DNA of 64,000 nucleotides from Azolla caroliniana (lineage: Eukaryota > Plantae > Polypodiophyta), in assembly GCA_043228905.1 (NCBI GenBank), contig JBHGNT010000015.1, positions 6,200,001-6,264,000 of the forward strand, given 5' to 3'. Under the pieces are notes generated by a model. That model saw nothing but the letters and a program-made list of their open reading frames with translations. It did no database searches and was not told the DNA's origin. This document shows positions 61,467-64,000 of this stretch, one piece after another. Made by a program: the position numbers and the translations under genes. The stretch's first letter is position 1; each line of letters opens with the position of its first letter.

Positions 61467-64000
61467 ATGAACCCCCGGAAATGTTATCTTATTCCATCAA
61501 ATTTTTTTGGGAGGCTAATCTTAGGTTCAAGAAAATGAGAAGAAGCTAGATCTAATGTTGGTAGAAGATTGGGCTCTGGGCTAGGTTGTGGTGGGACATT
61601 AGGCTCTATGGGTTGTGAGGATAGGGAGGCACTGACTTGAAGTTCTTGTAACGAATTCCGAAGGGCTTCATTTTCAAGCTAGAGTTGTTGTAAGGCTGTC
61701 ATTATCTGGCTTAAGTCACAGGCTGGGTCAAACATGGCTACGACTAATGAGAAGGAGAGCTACGAGGATGGGAAGGTGAACAAACTGTCACGAGTAGAAG
61801 TTATACACAAGAGAGTAGAAGATAATCAAAGGGATAAGTTGATTAATTGAAAGACTCTGTAACTGGTGTTGTTCACCTTGATTGTAATCTAGGTGAATAC
61901 ACATATTTATACAAGTTTTGAGATTGAATATCTCTAGAATATACCTGAGAAATATCTCTAGAACATACTCGAGAAATATCTTTAGAATATACTCGTCTAG
62001 AATATACCATAGAACATTTCTAGAATATACTAAACACTAGAATATTCTATATGCTAGACTATACAATATTAACCATATACTTTATATATAACTTAAGGGT
62101 TTCCAAATGATTTATCTAATACTAAGTGTTGGATGTGTTATAGGTTAGAGGTTCGAGTCTATGGCACATTTCCTATTTTGGCATTAGATTCTGTTTTCCC
62201 TTTTTATCATCATATTTTTTGTCTTACATTTTCCCCACTCCTAGCATTAGATTCTGATTCACTACCAAAGTTTTTTGATGGTCCAGTACATCCTATCGAT
62301 GTTGGACTTAGTTGTCCAACCTTATTTCCATTTCCATGGCAATCGCTTTCATTTTTCAGATTTATTTCTGCCTTCATTTTCATTGTCTTCATCAGTTTCT
62401 GCATTCTGTTTTGGGCTGTACCAACTACCCAACTCATCAAATATCACATCATGGCTTACTACAATCTTTTTTATCAAAGGGTTATAACATCTAAACCCTT
62501 TTTGCTCCTCTAAATATCCCACAAAAACACATTTTTAAGCTTTTGGATCAAGCTTACTTCTTACTTCAACAGGTACATGAACATAAGCAAGACATCCAAA
62601 CACTTTTAAGTGTTCTCGACTAGGTTTCCTGCCATAGAAACATTCTTCAGGAGTTACTACATGTACTCCAGATGTTATGCATCTATTTAGAATACAGTTT
62701 GTTATATTTACAGCTTCAGCCTAGTAATACAATGAGTTTTTTTTTGTCATCAAAGCTCTTGCTATGTTTACCAATGTTCTGTTTTTTCTCTCAACCACTC
62801 CATTTTGATGTGGAGTATATCCACAAGTGAATTGTCTCCTTATTCCTTGATTGCATAGAAAATCAACGAATTCATTGGAGAAGTATTCTCCTCCTCCATC
62901 ATACCTTAAACATTTTGTTCTAGTTCTGACATGTTTTCTACCATGCATTTGAACTTATGAAAACACTCAAATACTTCAGTCTTCTCTTTCATGAATTAAA
63001 CCCATGTTTTCCTTGAGCAATCATCTATGAATGTTACATAAAACCTGCAACCACCAATTGATGCATTTTTTGTAGGTCCCCATACATCTGTATGTACCAA
63101 ATCCAACAGTTTTTTGCTTATATGTCTTTCATGAGGGAAAGGCAACCTATTTTGCTTTCCATATTGACATGCTTCACATATTTTGCTCATCTCACAGTCT
63201 TTCAACTTTGGTAGTCCAGACTACATTTTTTCTCGACATATTTTGCAAAGTTTGCATACTTATATGTCCGATTCGTTTATGCCACATTTCTACATCTAAG
63301 ATTACATTCAATCCTCCTGCAAAGATGGCTATAGTCATTGTAGGCATATCCACATCTAAAACAAACATTCTTCCTTGGCGTTTTCCTTTTGCAATTAGCT
63401 TTCCATGTTTCTCTATAAAGCACCCACTTTTCTTAAACTTTACTTGCATTCCTTGCTCTAGTAACTTTCCAACAGAAATAAGATTTTTTGCAAGATTTGG
63501 AACATACATAACATTCAACATATACTTTGTTTTTCCTCTTTATTCCCACAATGAAATATATCCTACATGTTCGATTGTATTATTGTTGTCACCTGTTTGT
63601 GCATAACCAGGAATCTCTGGTTCTCTTAAACTTTCAAACCAATTTGCATGTCACGTCATATGATTAGATGCCCTAAAATCTACATACCACATATAATCTT
63701 CATTACATTTCGGTGAAATTTCAGCCATCGTTGTTGTTTCATGTTGCATCACAAAAGCACTCTCTTTGTCACAGTTTTCACTAGTTCAAGCATAATTATT
63801 TTGTTGTCTCTTCCTTCTTTTTGCATCATTTTGCTTTTTATAGCATTCAACCTGTGTATGGCTTGGTTTTCCACAATACCAACAACCATCATTACTCAAA
63901 TAAGTTTGCTTACCTCTACCTCGATTGCCCCCTTGCCTCTCATGTTATTTCTTCCACTTATAGCTTGTTGTCCTCTTCCTTGATAATTATTATTAGTTCT

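Larger units (their letters stand above)
50245..62166 (-). mobile_element. Ty3/gypsy chromovirus C (Tcn1/Tf1-sushi-like), degenerate, with two nested insertions
   Basis: LTRs 50245-50578 and 61786-62166; TSD CATTT; gag (ATG 61735; IPMEID, CLYCGASGH), protease LLDSGAS, RT YLDD, RNaseH, integrase, GPF motif and chromodomain EYEVDQILDSR..QYLVLWKGY..TWEP; PPT at 50579-50592. Confidence 0.95.
48037..64000 (-). mobile_element. Ty1/copia element E (degenerate; 5' end beyond window), interrupted by chromovirus C
   Basis: 3' LTR 48037-48411 with PPT at 48412; RNaseH/RT ORFs 48452-50191; integrase/protease/gag remnants 62170-64000. Confidence 0.93.

Overview
Land-plant nuclear DNA, probably a fern or other non-seed plant (inferred from a Tcn1-type chromovirus and RTEX/L2-like LINEs; not proven). 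It holds one intact host gene, an 18-coding-exon VPS54 (GARP complex subunit) on the minus strand at 8998-21799. The rest is a nested transposon field that can be resolved by target-site duplications (TSDs). (i) An L1 LINE at 26122-38018 has a 15-bp TSD, a twin-priming-type 5' inversion and a ~1.9 kb 3' tail carrying a tandem array; Copia A (28672-34602) interrupts it. (ii) A second L1 from ~39570 is interrupted by a solo LTR that itself hosts the RT-less Copia B (40801-44699). It is also interrupted by Copia E (48037 to beyond 64000), which hosts chromovirus C (50245-62166), which in turn hosts the near-intact Copia D (56114-61466) and a LINE 3' fragment. The most notable signals are a Tf1-type self-priming site and a -1 frameshift pseudoknot in the chromovirus, a covarying 3' stem-loop shared by two divergent non-L1 LINEs, the inverted and 3'-extended L1, and an unusual VPS54 5' end (GTG, spliced uORF, repeat expansion). 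All coordinates were read by eye; no searches were run.
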